Positions 1 to 10,010 of a stretch of DNA of 64,000 nt are shown piece after piece. Positions within the stretch are counted from its first letter, which is position 1; every line of letters starts with the position of its first letter. The position numbers and the translations under genes were made by a program. Source of the DNA: a virus; IMG/VR virus record IMGVR_UViG_3300028840_003497, positions 32,001 through 96,000 of that record. One strand, written 5' to 3'. The notes beneath the pieces were generated by a model, which was not told where the DNA came from, did not search any database, and was given only the letters and a program-made list of their open reading frames with translations.

Positions 1-1430
1 ATGATGTTGACATCGAGTTCTGTAGCTGAAGCTGCGAAACCTACACGGATAAATCGACCCGGCCTCGGTACGGAGCCGTGAACCACCAGAGCACCTGCCG
101 CACCCAGGTAATACGCTGTCCTCTGCGTCAGCCCTGTCAGGCCAGAACAGAGTCCGCACTTGACAACCTCTGCATCGGAACCGGCACCGGCACCCACTCT
201 GGCAACACCAATAATCTGCGAGGTGTAGTCCGCACTATTGTCTCCGTGCTCGATCTCGTCAGCCGTGTCACTCCAGCAAACTGCCCTGCTAGTCGTGACA
301 GCCGTCTTGCAAGTGTGCGTGTCCTCTACCTTCGGAGCCTCAGTTGAAGGCTGCGAAGCATGTGTATGCAGAGAGTCAGCGTTGGATGCCGAACCAGCAG
401 TTAATGTGTCCAGATTAGGAGCCGTGACCTGCCCCGTGCCAGCGTCATCGTAGTGAGTTGCGACATCATTGATCTTGAAGTCTTCGGGCAGACCCACAAC
501 CTTCAGACCGTCCGCATCAACATCCAACGTGTCTGGAGTATCGTCGATCTCGATCTCGATACCAGAAGCACCCAGCACAAGACCGTGAGCGCCGTCCACC
601 TTCGCTTGGAGCGTCTTATCTGGAGTAGTCCCCGCCAATTCCAGTCCCGGATTGGACGCCGACAACTCTACAGCCACGTAATCCGACGCCTCGGTAATAC
701 CATCACCGAAGTTAACTCCGATGGTATTGCCAGCCTTGTACAGACCGGGGCCAGCCGTAATGTTTCCAGCTCCCGTGAACTGGACCCACACACCGGAGGG
801 AACGGTTCCGTCAAATACGAATCCGTCGTTCTCCCAGTACGCGCCCTCTCCATTTACCAGAACACCGTTGCCGTCCACTGCATCGCCAGTATCAGCACCT
901 GTCAAGGTCGTACCGTCGAAGTCCATGATCTTGCCGTCGTCAGTAGCATCTGTATATGGAGAAACCAGAGCCGTTGCTGTTGACAAGATGACTCGGGTCG
1001 TGTCAGGAGGAAAGCCTCCAACTGCGTCTACGACCAGCACCCAATTGGTTCCATCGAACTCTACGATGTCACCAACTGTGACTGCAACCGAACCGGCAGT
1101 AAGAGTACCCGAGTCAGTCACAACATAAGCATCTGCCGCTGCGGGTGTCAGCGCGTTAATCGCCGCAACCGCGAGGTTTCCAACCAGACCATTGACTGCC
1201 ACAGGCTCCTTCCATCGGATTCCAGCCGCAATGTTGTCAACGTAGTTCTTGTTGACAGCATCCGTGCCAGCACTCGGTATATCTGGAACACCAGTGATCT
1301 TGTTGCTCCCCATTGCCAAGTTGCCAGCGCCGATGGTGACTCCGTACATCGTGAAGGTGTCAGACGTTAAATCCTGCTCCTCTGGATAGGAATAGTTGTC
1401 GTCCATGTAAAGTGCTCTGCGTTCAGTCAT
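1..1430 (-). CDS. Virion structural protein (fibre/decoration-like), 3' end runs off the window
   Basis: Absent from the ORF track because it has no stop in the window. ATG at 1430 after GGAGAG. Reads MTERRALYMDDNYSYPE...DAVNKNYVD...GDIVEFDGTNW...AYYLGAAGAL...GFAASATELDVNI and stays in frame to the edge. G/T/D/V-rich, and DAVNKNYVD is typical of fibre/adhesin necks. Confidence 0.7.
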   Translation of the reverse strand, partial: MTERRALYMDDNYSYPEEQDLTSDTFTMYGVTIGAGNLAMGSNKITGVPDIPSAGTDAVNKNYVDNIAAGIRWKEPVAVNGLVGNLAVAAINALTPAAADAYVVTDSGTLTAGSVAVTVGDIVEFDGTNWVLVVDAVGGFPPDTTRVILSTATALVSPYTDATDDGKIMDFDGTTLTGADTGDAVDGNGVLVNGEGAYWENDGFVFDGTVPSGVWVQFTGAGNITAGPGLYKAGNTIGVNFGDGITEASDYVAVELSASNPGLELAGTTPDKTLQAKVDGAHGLVLGASGIEIEIDDTPDTLDVDADGLKVVGLPEDFKINDVATHYDDAGTGQVTAPNLDTLTAGSASNADSLHTHASQPSTEAPKVEDTHTCKTAVTTSRAVCWSDTADEIEHGDNSADYTSQIIGVARVGAGAGSDAEVVKCGLCSGLTGLTQRTAYYLGAAGALVVHGSVPRPGRFIRVGFAASATELDVNI

Positions 1431-1453
1431 TGTTCTCTCCTCTTCTCAGGATG

Positions 1454-1867
1454 CTACTCTTCGGGCGTAGGCTCGTCGGGCAGCGGGTTATACACCAGAT
1501 ATCCATCTGGCTCGATAGAATAGTCCTTCAGGGCAATACCAAGCCCACTCTCCAAATCTGAAATGAACTGATTGTGCTCCTGTTTTATTTTCTGCAAACT
1601 GTCATTCGTAGACCGTATACGTGCCTTGATCGCAGCCATCTGATTCCTGTACTCAGCGGTTATAGCATCACCCTTCAGCCGAAGGTTCTCTGCAACCACC
1701 TGCTGCATCTGACCACGCGCCTCAAACAGATCCAGACTCTTCATCTGAACCTCTGTCAGAGAGATCTCTTTTGGAGCCACGCTCTCTTTTGGACCCGCAC
1801 TCTCTTTCAAGGCTTTCACAATCTTTTTCTTCGTTGTCTTTTTCGTCTTCGCTTTCGACATAATCAT
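1454..1867 (-). CDS. Hypothetical protein (basic N-terminus, coiled coil)
   Basis: ORF with AAGGAG RBS, within the structural operon. Confidence 0.7.
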   Translation of the reverse strand: MIMSKAKTKKTTKKKIVKALKESAGPKESVAPKEISLTEVQMKSLDLFEARGQMQQVVAENLRLKGDAITAEYRNQMAAIKARIRSTNDSLQKIKQEHNQFISDLESGLGIALKDYSIEPDGYLVYNPLPDEPTPEE

Positions 1868-1880
1868 CTCCTTTTTCAGC

Positions 1881-2300
1881 TTACAGCTTTCTCAACACCA
1901 TCCACGATTCCCCTGTCAAGCGTAACACGTTAGACGCCGTTGGGAATCCCATTTTTTGAACCCATACATTAGAACCAACCGACGGGACAGGAGCCGGATT
2001 AACCAGCCCCCCATCATCGCCAACATAATAATCATCATCCACTTGTAACCCGCTAAATATATCAGAAACATCTCCAACTACTCTCATTATACCAGTAGTA
2101 GGTGTCTGCTTACTAATCAAAATTCCAATCCCAGGCATAAAAATCCTGTCGGTTGGCTGCGCCTTTGTCACCCTCCACCGTCCAGCTAACGTCTGCACAT
2201 CTCTGATGCACATTATATTGCCAACAGCATCCGTCACCAAGCACGCGACACGAACGTCGGAACTGAATGGGCTGGTGCCGAATTTCCCGATGAGCGACAT
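1881..2300 (-). CDS. Putative capsid decoration/cement-like structural protein
   Basis: GGAG RBS; beta-rich; motif GL..DDDYYVGDDGGL...KMGFP resembles the C-terminal domain of the 1-1430 protein. Confidence 0.5.
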   Translation of the reverse strand: MSLIGKFGTSPFSSDVRVACLVTDAVGNIMCIRDVQTLAGRWRVTKAQPTDRIFMPGIGILISKQTPTTGIMRVVGDVSDIFSGLQVDDDYYVGDDGGLVNPAPVPSVGSNVWVQKMGFPTASNVLRLTGESWMVLRKL

Positions 2301-2312
2301 CAGTCAACTCCA

Positions 2313-2714
2313 TCAGTTCTGTTCGCCGAACAGCGGGATTCGTTTCTCCTCGAATGTCCTCACCACCCGGGGGTTACTCAACTGGTCACGCAAGATATCC
2401 ATGCAAGTCTTGTCTGCATGCTTACGATTTTTGCACACGCCTACCATCCCCTTACCGTGGATCGCGACGCAGGCATCCGGCTCACCTCCACAGATGTAAC
2501 AAAAACTATCAAGATGCCCCTTCATTGGCCCCTCATACTCAGGGAATGCCATCCCCTGCATCGGTCCACCGCATGGCCTCGCGGACTGGCATCTATACGA
2601 ACTTGAGTTCGCATCGTCATGTCCTCTTGCATTCCAGTACTTCAGACACCACGCACAAACTGCACTTATTCCGTTTTTTTTGATCTCCAACTCAACCTTC
2701 ATCTTATCCAGCAT
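2313..2714 (-). CDS. Cys-rich (zinc-binding) hypothetical protein
   Basis: CAWC, C..C, CYIC, C..H motifs; the likely start MLDKMK at 2714 abuts the upstream stop. Confidence 0.6.
   Translation of the reverse strand: MLDKMKVELEIKKNGISAVCAWCLKYWNARGHDDANSSSYRCQSARPCGGPMQGMAFPEYEGPMKGHLDSFCYICGGEPDACVAIHGKGMVGVCKNRKHADKTCMDILRDQLSNPRVVRTFEEKRIPLFGEQN
2597..2612. repeat. Dispersed palindrome copy 1 (ACGAACTTGAGTTCGC), intragenic
   Basis: Matches GCGAACTYRAGTTCGC. Confidence 0.8.
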
Positions 2715-2715
2715 A

Positions 2716-3264
2716 TCACACCTTCCTGTCCGGGGTATACTGGGTACGCTTCCGCAATTCGAGCCGGTACCCAACAAACTCTGGTGAATCAAGAATGTAC
2801 CCACTTCGACCAGCTTTTACAACATCCCACCACTCACCGAACAAATAGAGCACATCACCCTCCTTCGGTTCGCGGCCTGCACACATTAAATCCTCCCAGG
2901 CACATTCCCAGTGATTTCTGGAAATCGCAATAATCGAATCATACTCGTAAACGAACCCCTCAGTCCTTACCGATGGAGTCCGGTTGTCGGATTCCTGATA
3001 TTCAATCGAGCAAGGGAACACAACGGGCTCCTCACCGGCGTCAACGTCTGGGCAGAAGTTCCATGCCTCGTCGGACACGGACGGCGCTCCACGGGCCGAG
3101 GAGCCCCCGTACAGAGGATCATTCGTGGGCTCGCCATACAGCGCATCCACATTCTTACCTCTGTTTAGAGAATAATACTCGCAGGGGGGTCCGACCAGCT
3201 CGATTCTTTCCTCTTCGAGTGATCTCAGATATGTTGCATCTTCATCAAAATATACCCGGGCCAT
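2716..3264 (-). CDS. gp14: Neck/head completion protein, T4 gp14-like
   Basis: VDALYGE motif, PKEGDVLY, position near the gp13-like gene. Confidence 0.65.
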   Translation of the reverse strand: MARVYFDEDATYLRSLEEERIELVGPPCEYYSLNRGKNVDALYGEPTNDPLYGGSSARGAPSVSDEAWNFCPDVDAGEEPVVFPCSIEYQESDNRTPSVRTEGFVYEYDSIIAISRNHWECAWEDLMCAGREPKEGDVLYLFGEWWDVVKAGRSGYILDSPEFVGYRLELRKRTQYTPDRKV

Positions 3265-3297
3265 TGACTCTCCGCTCTCTTGCCAAATATCAGCCTA

Positions 3298-4380
3298 TTA
3301 CGGAAGCAAATATACTACGCCCGCCCCTGCCTTCTTTCCCGCTTTAAGAGCGGCTTTCTTGGCGTCCTTAAGCGAACCATTGAACTTGAAAATCTCGTCG
3401 TTTGTCGGATACTTCTCATCGAATCCGAACATCCACATGGCAGATCCACCACCGCGAGGCTTCGCTCCGTGGTTATTTACATACGGGGAGATATCCACCT
3501 TAGCCTCGGTCATGTTTTCATCGTCCTTCGGATCTCCCATAGGACCTTTGCCATCCCCGCGAGCAAACCCCTTACCCTTTCCTTTGGATTTCTTCTTTTT
3601 ACCAGGAGTCTTGCAAGCCTCGCCAAACTCATCCTCTACGATCTTCGCCATCTCATTGATGTGTTTGACAGCCTCCAGCATCGCATTCAACTCGTCATCG
3701 GTGATGCGCTCATTATTGATGCGCCTGCTCATCACATTCGCCAGCTTGAGACCAATTTCCTTCTTGCCCTCCCAGCAGCGAATGCCCTTGCCATTGTGTC
3801 TGGTAGATCGCGCGCCTGGTTTTTTTGTCGAATAAAACCGGACAACGGTGTCTTCAGATTTGACCTTTACTTTGGGAACCCCAGACATATTGACGATAAC
3901 GTCAGCAATATTTTCGGCCAGCGCATGAAAAGCCTCTTTGCTACTCTCTTCAACGCTGTCGTAATAGGCCAGCATCGCAGCCTGAAGAACCTCTGGCTTC
4001 ATCACCAGGACATGGGACGCGAAGTGAACGGACGCCTGATTCTCGATCATCTTGATCTTGATTTCGCCAGGCTCCAATAACCCCAAGTTCACCACGAAAT
4101 CGTACAACTGCTGCGCGTCCATGATGCTCTCAAAATTAAAAGCTATCTCTGAGTCCGATTCCTTGCCCTGCCAAGGGTAGAGCGTGCGCTTGTCGACCAT
4201 TCGAACCAGTGGTTCCAGGGTAACAGACTGACCCAGGTTACCCTCGACAAGCCCTCTGACCCTAGATTCAAGCTTTGCGGGGTCGTTCCTTGGATCAAAC
4301 CCCATGGCCTTCCGATCCTCTGGAGTGAGGATCCCATCGACCTTAAGGGACAATTTCTTGAGTTCTTCCAAATCTAACAT
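3298..4380 (-). CDS. Hypothetical protein, possible internal head protein
   Basis: 360-aa ORF with AAGGAG RBS between the neck genes; Lys-rich segment. Confidence 0.6.
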   Translation of the reverse strand: MLDLEELKKLSLKVDGILTPEDRKAMGFDPRNDPAKLESRVRGLVEGNLGQSVTLEPLVRMVDKRTLYPWQGKESDSEIAFNFESIMDAQQLYDFVVNLGLLEPGEIKIKMIENQASVHFASHVLVMKPEVLQAAMLAYYDSVEESSKEAFHALAENIADVIVNMSGVPKVKVKSEDTVVRFYSTKKPGARSTRHNGKGIRCWEGKKEIGLKLANVMSRRINNERITDDELNAMLEAVKHINEMAKIVEDEFGEACKTPGKKKKSKGKGKGFARGDGKGPMGDPKDDENMTEAKVDISPYVNNHGAKPRGGGSAMWMFGFDEKYPTNDEIFKFNGSLKDAKKAALKAGKKAGAGVVYLLP

Positions 4381-4394
4381 TACTATTTCTCCTT

Positions 4395-4410
4395 GCGAAC
4401 TCGTGTTCGC
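4395..4410. repeat. Dispersed palindrome copy 2 (GCGAACTCGTGTTCGC, variant)
   Basis: Intergenic, 14 nt before the ATG at 4380. Confidence 0.75.
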
Positions 4411-5132
4411 TACTCCGCAAAGAACCCCACCGGGGCCTGTAATTGACGAGCCTTCTCTTCCATGTCAGCTTCGAGGGCTTCGGCATTCGCCCAGAGGGTG
4501 TCGCCATCCATCGAAAACTCACCAGTCGCCCCCGGCTTCCCGGCGTACTTCATCCGAATCATTCCAAGGGTCTTCATCGCTTGCGAAAGCGCATAATTAC
4601 GGAAGACTCGCATTTCGTAGTTCGTGATGTATTCCATCTGTACCGTCGTTGATATGTACGTTATCAACACCTTCGCCCCGGCGTCTGGCTTCGGTGATAT
4701 AATAACAGACCGTTTCGCCCGGTCCCAGTCCCAGTCTTTATCCGACGATGATATCTGCTTCGACATCTCTCGATACTGCATATACTGCACCAGCGTAGAG
4801 TACCCCGAATTCTCGTTACCACCATAGATCCATGTATACGGATTGATCTCCACACCTGCCCAACTGAACAGGTTCGAAAAACTCTGCGATGACAACTCAA
4901 AAACGACGTCCACAACAGAATCAATATCTGAAGCAATCAAAGTCTCGTGATACTCGGTGGTTCCTGTAAGCGTGAACAATACGGATTTGCACTGCCCCAC
5001 CCACATTTGCCACCATTCCTTGGAGTCTCGGACCGCGTCGTCCAACTGCTCATCTGTCAATTCAACATTCACCACCCCTTTGCCGAGGCGACGACATATC
5101 CATTCCTTGACCTGGGCCTCAGTGAATCTCAA
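4410..5132 (-). CDS. gp13: Neck protein, T4 gp13-like
   Basis: N-terminus KEWICRRLGKGVVNVELTDEQLDDAV matches the gp13 signature; C-terminal KY...G...DG..L..EA pattern. Confidence 0.8.
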   Translation of the reverse strand: MRFTEAQVKEWICRRLGKGVVNVELTDEQLDDAVRDSKEWWQMWVGQCKSVLFTLTGTTEYHETLIASDIDSVVDVVFELSSQSFSNLFSWAGVEINPYTWIYGGNENSGYSTLVQYMQYREMSKQISSSDKDWDWDRAKRSVIISPKPDAGAKVLITYISTTVQMEYITNYEMRVFRNYALSQAMKTLGMIRMKYAGKPGATGEFSMDGDTLWANAEALEADMEEKARQLQAPVGFFAE

Positions 5133-5135
5133 CGC

Positions 5136-5852
5136 CTACTCCTTCTTTTCTGATGGCTTCTTGCCCGTTAGAACCTCAAAGGCTGCGTCATTTATCTTCT
5201 GCACGATCGAAAAGACCTCCCGCTCAGAAACACCATTCCTTTTCAACCCCTTTAGCGTCACATCAGAAATATCACTGAGGACACCATTGAGCTGCGTCTC
5301 GTCCATGTCCTTGGTCGAGATGATAGCTTTCTTGATGTCGTCTGGAAGGTTGTCAGTTTCAATCGAGGACTCTGGATCGGCAACGGCCTTCTTCTTGCCT
5401 TTGTCGTCGTCCTTCTTTTTTTCGGGATCGTCCTTGTCCTTGTCGTCGTCACCACCGTCCTTATCCTTCTCGCCGTCCTTATCCTTATAGTCAGCGTCGG
5501 ATGCGTTGGGATCGAGTGGCTTCGCGCCTGTGTCCGCAGGGGTAGGATCCCCTGCCTCCCCCATCGCGATCAGTTTCTGCTGCACACGAGCATCCAAAGA
5601 TGTGTCGTGCAACTGATCCTGGACCACAGTGGGTGGATCCACTTCCAATGAAGCAAACAGGTAAAGATCCGATTTGTAGAACTTGGTATCGCCTGTAGAC
5701 TCGCGCACAATTAAACCGAACGGCGTAACCGAAAACACAGTCCCACGAGCATGGGCCACTCCCATTTTCGTGCGAATTTCGACCGCCTCTCCGTCTCCAA
5801 ACTTCCCAGCCGGAATCGTATCATCCAGCCGTCTTTCGTGATCCAGACCCAT
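5136..5852 (-). CDS. Hypothetical protein with D/K low-complexity linker
   Basis: AGGAGG RBS; DKD repeats. Confidence 0.65.
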   Translation of the reverse strand: MGLDHERRLDDTIPAGKFGDGEAVEIRTKMGVAHARGTVFSVTPFGLIVRESTGDTKFYKSDLYLFASLEVDPPTVVQDQLHDTSLDARVQQKLIAMGEAGDPTPADTGAKPLDPNASDADYKDKDGEKDKDGGDDDKDKDDPEKKKDDDKGKKKAVADPESSIETDNLPDDIKKAIISTKDMDETQLNGVLSDISDVTLKGLKRNGVSEREVFSIVQKINDAAFEVLTGKKPSEKKE

Positions 5853-5861
5853 TGACTCCTC

Positions 5862-6410
5862 CTAGCGGTGCTTGTCCTCGATGTGATCAATAATCCCCTT
5901 CTCGGTTTTGAGGATCTTCTCTTCACCTTCGCGTTTACACACGAGACATTCGAAGCGACCGTCGTCCGTCTCTTCGTAATCGAAATCGCCGTTCCCATTG
6001 GGAGAGATAGTTACCTCGTCATCCTCAGTCCCAAGCTCTCCGTCTTCACCTGGATCGATCTCCGCCGTCATCGCCCCTACGTCAACCGTGATGGGCTTGT
6101 CGTCCCCTTTGGGCTCGTCATCGACATCCATCTCGGGCTCGTCGACTGGATCCTCAGACTTCGGCGCTACAAGGGCCTCCTCTTTGATCTCACGGAATTT
6201 GTCAGTATTGACCTCTACGATAAAACCGGCATCGACCGCTGCGCTCATATCCACATTGACATCAACATCGGAAATCTTGCCAGGAATGAACGGAACATAT
6301 CGTTGCATCATCACGTCCGGCTGATTGCCAGGCTTCGGAATGACTTCGATCCCGAGATGAGTACATGGTTTTTTCTGCTGCCGGGTCAACATGAATTGCT
6401 TATTCGGCAT
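5862..6410 (-). CDS. Acidic hypothetical protein with C-terminal C2H2-like zinc finger
   Basis: Start MPNKQ after GAAGGAG; CLVC...HIEDKH at the C-terminus. Confidence 0.65.
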   Translation of the reverse strand: MPNKQFMLTRQQKKPCTHLGIEVIPKPGNQPDVMMQRYVPFIPGKISDVDVNVDMSAAVDAGFIVEVNTDKFREIKEEALVAPKSEDPVDEPEMDVDDEPKGDDKPITVDVGAMTAEIDPGEDGELGTEDDEVTISPNGNGDFDYEETDDGRFECLVCKREGEEKILKTEKGIIDHIEDKHR

Positions 6411-6425
6411 GATAATTTCTCCTTC

Positions 6426-6467
6426 AAAAAAAAGGGGCCGCGCCGGTTGAGTTACCGACCCGGCCCC
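6426..6467 (-). terminator. Rho-independent terminator after the major capsid gene
   Basis: GGGGCCG...CGGCCCC stem followed by T8 on the minus strand. Confidence 0.85.
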
Positions 6468-6505
6468 TGGATTCACACGTCTATCTGACGTCCTACCTCA
6501 ACCCC

Positions 6506-8131
6506 CTACAGAGTTGTGGTTACAACCGGCAGACCAGATACTGTGATCGTGCCATAGTACTCTGGACGTAGCATCCGAGTTGCATACCGAGTCCTCACGC
6601 CCTTGCGGAACGTGAAATCATTTGGATCGAGGAAGGTCGGGGTGACCTGCAGCGGCACGTAGGGTGCGTAAACGTACCCAGCGTCGATGAAGGAATTACC
6701 CTTGAGACCGACCAGGATCTGGTTGGCAGGCATGTACGGATCTTGGTAAACTGCATACTTGCGCAGCAGCGTTCCGATCCGGGCAATACCGTAGTTGGCA
6801 GTAACAGGACCGTAGCTCGCAGCCTGTACATTCTGCTCGATGCTGGCAAAGTCTCCATGCGTCGAGAGCTGATCAAGCAACCCACCAATGCCCGGGGGTA
6901 CAACAATAAAGTTGGCCGGGGCACGTCCTGATGTCCTGTGGATCTCTGCCGAGAGCGCACTGATCTGCGTGATCAACTGACGGATGCTCTCAATCTCACC
7001 CGGGATACCTGGAGCATAAGTGTACGGAATCGAATGCGCCGCCCCATTGACGAGGTCAGTAATGATCTCGCGGTCCACTTCCAGCATAACCTCATTGGAG
7101 AATGTGCTTACCAACTCAGCCTCTGCGTCCATCCCGTGCAATGCACGAAGATCATCCACAGCCTCTACTGTCCAGCGAGCCTTCAGTTTGCGACTCTCAG
7201 CCTGCACAGTGTGAAGAGCGATATCCAAGCTGATGCTGGGAATCTCCGCTCCATCGGTGTAGCCAACCAATTCCCAATTCACAAAGTACTGGAAATAGAT
7301 GACTGTGTTGTTGGTGAAGTTGGAAGCCGATCCACCGGATCCGAGAGGAGTAACCGCCCACTGACCGTTGGTCACATCAAACGTACCACAGACCTGAGTT
7401 CCCGATGGGTTCAGATCGTCGATGAGGTTACCAGCATCGTTCATCGTTGCTTCGACCTCTGTCGGAGCATTTGCATTGTCCGCATCGTTGCAGCGGAAGA
7501 ATGCCTTCACGTAGAACGTGCGCTGTCCAGCAGTTCCGTTTGCACGGATTGGCGACCAGTCGGTCACTGCACAATTGGTCGAACCCTGGTTCAGGGTCGC
7601 CGTGGCAGTTCCAGTGTCTGTACAGACAGCATCGTAGTCGTTGAACTCAGAGCTGTAGTACTTCGCAAAGTTCTGGTTAAGATTGTCCCCAGCTTCCAAC
7701 TCGCCACCATAAGCCATGTCGGTCGGGTTGTTGGCGATCGCAGCCTGTGGCAGTTTGGTGCCTTTGCGTCCGTCATACTTTTTCTCGTAGTAGAAAACGC
7801 CTCCAATGGGGGACGTCATCGGCTGAACCGATACCAGCTGGTTGGCGATCAAGTTCGGGAAAACCCGACGCAGGATCGGGAACACATATTTCGTGAACGC
7901 GCCAGCGTTTGTGCTCAGGGTGTCCTCATGGAAAGACTTGATGTGCTCCATCTCGTTTTCCAGAAGAATCGCCGTCGCTTTTTTGGTGTATCCGTTGTCG
8001 TGTTGAACCGGAATACCCTCCAGAAGATCGCCCCATTTGCCAACGCATGCGCCAGCGTAGCTGTTATCGTGGATGGTTTTCGGTCCGGCTTGCTCCAGGA
8101 TTGCCCTGGCTTCTGTGCTTTCGATGCCCAT
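6506..8131 (-). CDS. gp23: Major capsid protein, T4 gp23-like
   Basis: KW..LLEG, LLEN, RRVFPNLIA..LVSVQPMTSP.G..FY, SRKLKARWT.E...DL.A.HGMDAEAEL, DAGYVYAPYVPL, TRY. Confidence 0.95.
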   Translation of the reverse strand: MGIESTEARAILEQAGPKTIHDNSYAGACVGKWGDLLEGIPVQHDNGYTKKATAILLENEMEHIKSFHEDTLSTNAGAFTKYVFPILRRVFPNLIANQLVSVQPMTSPIGGVFYYEKKYDGRKGTKLPQAAIANNPTDMAYGGELEAGDNLNQNFAKYYSSEFNDYDAVCTDTGTATATLNQGSTNCAVTDWSPIRANGTAGQRTFYVKAFFRCNDADNANAPTEVEATMNDAGNLIDDLNPSGTQVCGTFDVTNGQWAVTPLGSGGSASNFTNNTVIYFQYFVNWELVGYTDGAEIPSISLDIALHTVQAESRKLKARWTVEAVDDLRALHGMDAEAELVSTFSNEVMLEVDREIITDLVNGAAHSIPYTYAPGIPGEIESIRQLITQISALSAEIHRTSGRAPANFIVVPPGIGGLLDQLSTHGDFASIEQNVQAASYGPVTANYGIARIGTLLRKYAVYQDPYMPANQILVGLKGNSFIDAGYVYAPYVPLQVTPTFLDPNDFTFRKGVRTRYATRMLRPEYYGTITVSGLPVVTTTL

Positions 8132-8162
8132 TTCTTTTCTCCTCGTTCGTGGTTGTGACAGC

Positions 8163-9788
8163 CTAATCCAGATTTCCTAGACCGGCCAAGCGCTTCATGT
8201 AGGACATATCGTTCCCTAGATCATCGCTCCTACGACGCATGGAAACTTTACTTTCGTCCTCATTCAGCTGTTCCTGCTCCTGCCGCTCACCCATGCCACG
8301 CTGTAGTTTTCTGCGCGCATCCATGAGTTGCTGCTCAGAGACATCTCGGACTCCCTTCTCCGTCACCAACTTGTCAACCACGGCCTCCGAGGATACATCC
8401 TCTAATAGACCAAGCAACTGTCTACCATTTGCCAACCCAACAACCTTGTCGTGCTTATAGACCTCAATCTTGAGCGTGCGCTTTGCCTCTTCGGCTTCCT
8501 CCAGCGCCTTTGCCCGAGACTCCTCAGCCTCTTGCACGCGGCTCTCAGCATCTGAACGCTGAGCATCTGCCTCCATACCTACTTCTACAGCTTTCTTCAG
8601 TTTCGCATTCAACGATTCTACCCTCTCCGTGAGGAGGGACAATTTCTCTATCATTACTGCGTTTTCTGCCAGCAGTTCGGCATCTTCTTTTGTAACCATT
8701 CCCTCGTCGGTCCTCTCGGGCAGGTCCGCGAGGATCGTAGCGAGTTTCTCTTTGGCATCGTCCAGGTCTACAAATTTATGCTTCGCGACCAATTTACGAA
8801 TAGACTCTGCCATCGGATGCCCACCAATTTCGCGCTCTATGTACTCCATGCACTCAGCACGGACAGCACGCTCTTCATTCTTCTCTGCCGACTCCATAGC
8901 CTCGGCAACTTCGATATCTTTGGCTTTCGCTGCATCCGCCAATGCTCGCTCGTCCTCAGTCGCCTGGAACGGAGCTACCATCTCCCAAATAGCCGAGAGA
9001 ATCGCTTTCGATCCTCCAATGTCCGGATCGGATGCATACTCCTCGCGCAACTCGCTAGAGATGTCTTCCTTGGCCTCCAAGAGCCCCTCAGCGAGCTGTT
9101 TCTGGAACGCCTCGGACATCTCATCTCGCACACGCTGTTCGGCCTCAGCAACCGCCTCGTCGACGCCCTTGTTGACCTTGATCTTCGCCTTGGAAATCGC
9201 ATCCTCTTGCAGGGATGAAGCTACCTCGGGAAACTCGTCAAGAAACATCTGCGCGATGTCAGGCTGGTTCTCGTCAACATCCTCAGTAAAAATACCAGGA
9301 ACCGCCGACTTTACCGCTGGATCGGCCACGAAGTCCCAGGTCTTTAGAACGAAATCATCCTGAACAACCTCTCCCTCTGTCTTGGGATCATGGGACGGCT
9401 TGGTAGATCCAAAGCCACGAGATGAAATGCCTATCTGCACGTTTGCTTCGATCAACGCCTTCAGAGTCTTTCCCTCTGGAGTGTTCAGGATCTCAGCCTC
9501 TCCGACAACGACACCATCCTTTATCTTAAGACCAGTAATAACGTGTGACACACGCTTCAGACTCGTCTTGCCATCTGTTGGATGATCCAATTCACCCAAG
9601 ACCCTCCGTGAAGATATATCCTCGGACAGGCGTTTAATCTCGCGAAGCATCAGTGTCTCTGGATAAATACGGCCATTCTGTGTGGGAACACCAACACGAC
9701 CAAATTCACCGCGAGCTATTACTTTGCCGCCAGCCGCCTCGGTAAGGGTAAGCTGTACTGGACTCGATTCGATTAAAAGATTCGGCAT
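8163..9788 (-). CDS. gp21: Prohead protease (gp21-like) fused to acidic coiled-coil scaffold (gp22-like)
   Basis: NGRIYP, LGELDHP, VSH.I, GISSRGFG, WDFVADP, followed by about 370 aa of E/A/K-rich helix. Likely start MPNLLIE at 9788 after AAAGGA. Confidence 0.85.
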   Translation of the reverse strand: MPNLLIESSPVQLTLTEAAGGKVIARGEFGRVGVPTQNGRIYPETLMLREIKRLSEDISSRRVLGELDHPTDGKTSLKRVSHVITGLKIKDGVVVGEAEILNTPEGKTLKALIEANVQIGISSRGFGSTKPSHDPKTEGEVVQDDFVLKTWDFVADPAVKSAVPGIFTEDVDENQPDIAQMFLDEFPEVASSLQEDAISKAKIKVNKGVDEAVAEAEQRVRDEMSEAFQKQLAEGLLEAKEDISSELREEYASDPDIGGSKAILSAIWEMVAPFQATEDERALADAAKAKDIEVAEAMESAEKNEERAVRAECMEYIEREIGGHPMAESIRKLVAKHKFVDLDDAKEKLATILADLPERTDEGMVTKEDAELLAENAVMIEKLSLLTERVESLNAKLKKAVEVGMEADAQRSDAESRVQEAEESRAKALEEAEEAKRTLKIEVYKHDKVVGLANGRQLLGLLEDVSSEAVVDKLVTEKGVRDVSEQQLMDARRKLQRGMGERQEQEQLNEDESKVSMRRRSDDLGNDMSYMKRLAGLGNLD

Positions 9789-9792
9789 TGTA

Positions 9793-9990
9793 TCATCCTT
9801 TTTTGCCAGTCTTGCTTCTCCAACGCCGGATGCGTGTTCTAGCAAGCGGGTTCCTGTCGAGCTTACGCTTGGCTTCCGGGGAGACTCGTCGATCTGTCTT
9901 TTTCCCATCACCGCGAGCAGCTTTCTTGAGCGACTCAAACCCTACCAGCTCCTTTCGCCCCGACGGAGTTCCCGTGCGACGTCGCCACAC
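9793..9990 (-). CDS. Small very basic protein (possible core/DNA-binding peptide)
   Basis: Fills the gap exactly between the 10011 stop and the protease start; R/K-rich. Confidence 0.45.
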   Translation of the reverse strand: MWRRRTGTPSGRKELVGFESLKKAARGDGKKTDRRVSPEAKRKLDRNPLARTRIRRWRSKTGKKG

Positions 9991-10010
9991 GGCTTCACCG
10001 AGACGGCTTG

